DNA from: Eledone cirrhosa
Taxonomy: Eukaryota
DNA length: 64,000 bases
Reading direction: 5' to 3'
Assembly: GCA_964016885.1 (NCBI GenBank)
Contig: OZ024743.1
Coordinates: 101,742,001 to 101,806,000, forward strand
The translations under genes and the position numbers were made by a program. This document shows positions 63,525 to 64,000 of this stretch, piece after piece (positions within the stretch are counted from its first letter, which is position 1; each line of letters begins with the position of its first letter). The notes under the pieces were generated by a model. That model did no database searches, was not told where the DNA came from, and saw nothing but the letters and a program-made list of their open reading frames with translations.

Positions 63525-64000
63525 TGCAAAATGTTTGGAATGTTTTACATAGTTTTACTGTTCTATTAATGGATTGTACTTGTAAGTTCCTAACTAGTTG
63601 TGTTCTTTCTGTTCCTGTGAAGCCCAGCTTCTCAAGATATGTACTGAGGCAGTTACTAACATATCCCAGTGCCCCAATAATCACAGGCATAAATCTGAGG
63701 TATAATCAGGGTGGAGTATCTGCAGATTTCTCATCAGTACTGCATAAATATTCTCCTTTTCACTAATCTTTTATATTATATTGGCATCTGCTGGACAGCT
63801 AACTTCCACTACTCTGCATGCCTTCTTTTCCCTGTCCCATATCATAATATCTGGTTTGTTATGCCTGCATTTTATTGGGGTTTTTACTGGAACATTCTAC
63901 TAGTACTCTTTCATATTGTGTATATGTATGTCTTCCACATTGCTGTAGCTTTTAATGTGTTTATTATCGAGGCTATCTTTTCTAAGGATTGAATTGTACA
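63525..64000 (-). pseudogene. Second, distinct R4/Dong-like restriction-like endonuclease fragment
   Basis: Minus strand: KCRHNKPDIMIWDREKKACRVVEVSCPADAN..KISEKENIYAVLMRNLQ, PVIIGALGYVSNCL. Confidence 0.85.

Overview
AT-rich eukaryotic intergenic or intronic DNA, probably from an octopus-type mollusc (inferred from the SINE families; not verified). No host gene can be supported. About 18 kb is (TA)n-based satellite, which produces the spurious Ile/Tyr ORFs. The rest is retroelement debris: two copies of a Naiad-like Penelope-like element (PLE; RT plus GIY-YIG), one Nematis-like PLE on the minus strand, fragments of R4/Dong, Tx1/L1 and RTE LINEs, and more than 25 tRNA-derived SINE copies. The main signal, missed by the ORF track, is about 12 type-I hammerhead ribozyme (HHR) motifs. 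They sit in (i) PLE 3' pLTRs; (ii) a graded series of fold-back elements (about 3.4 kb, 2.2 kb, 0.53 kb and two of 0.29 kb) whose ends mostly abut (TA)n, the three larger ones sharing a conserved post-ribozyme motif; and (iii) two retrozyme-like repeats (351-bp and 500-bp period) that share a GGCT-N4-RGCC-NN-ATTTGCATAT (octamer) motif at a similar distance from the HHR. All structures were folded by eye, and activity and novelty are untested.
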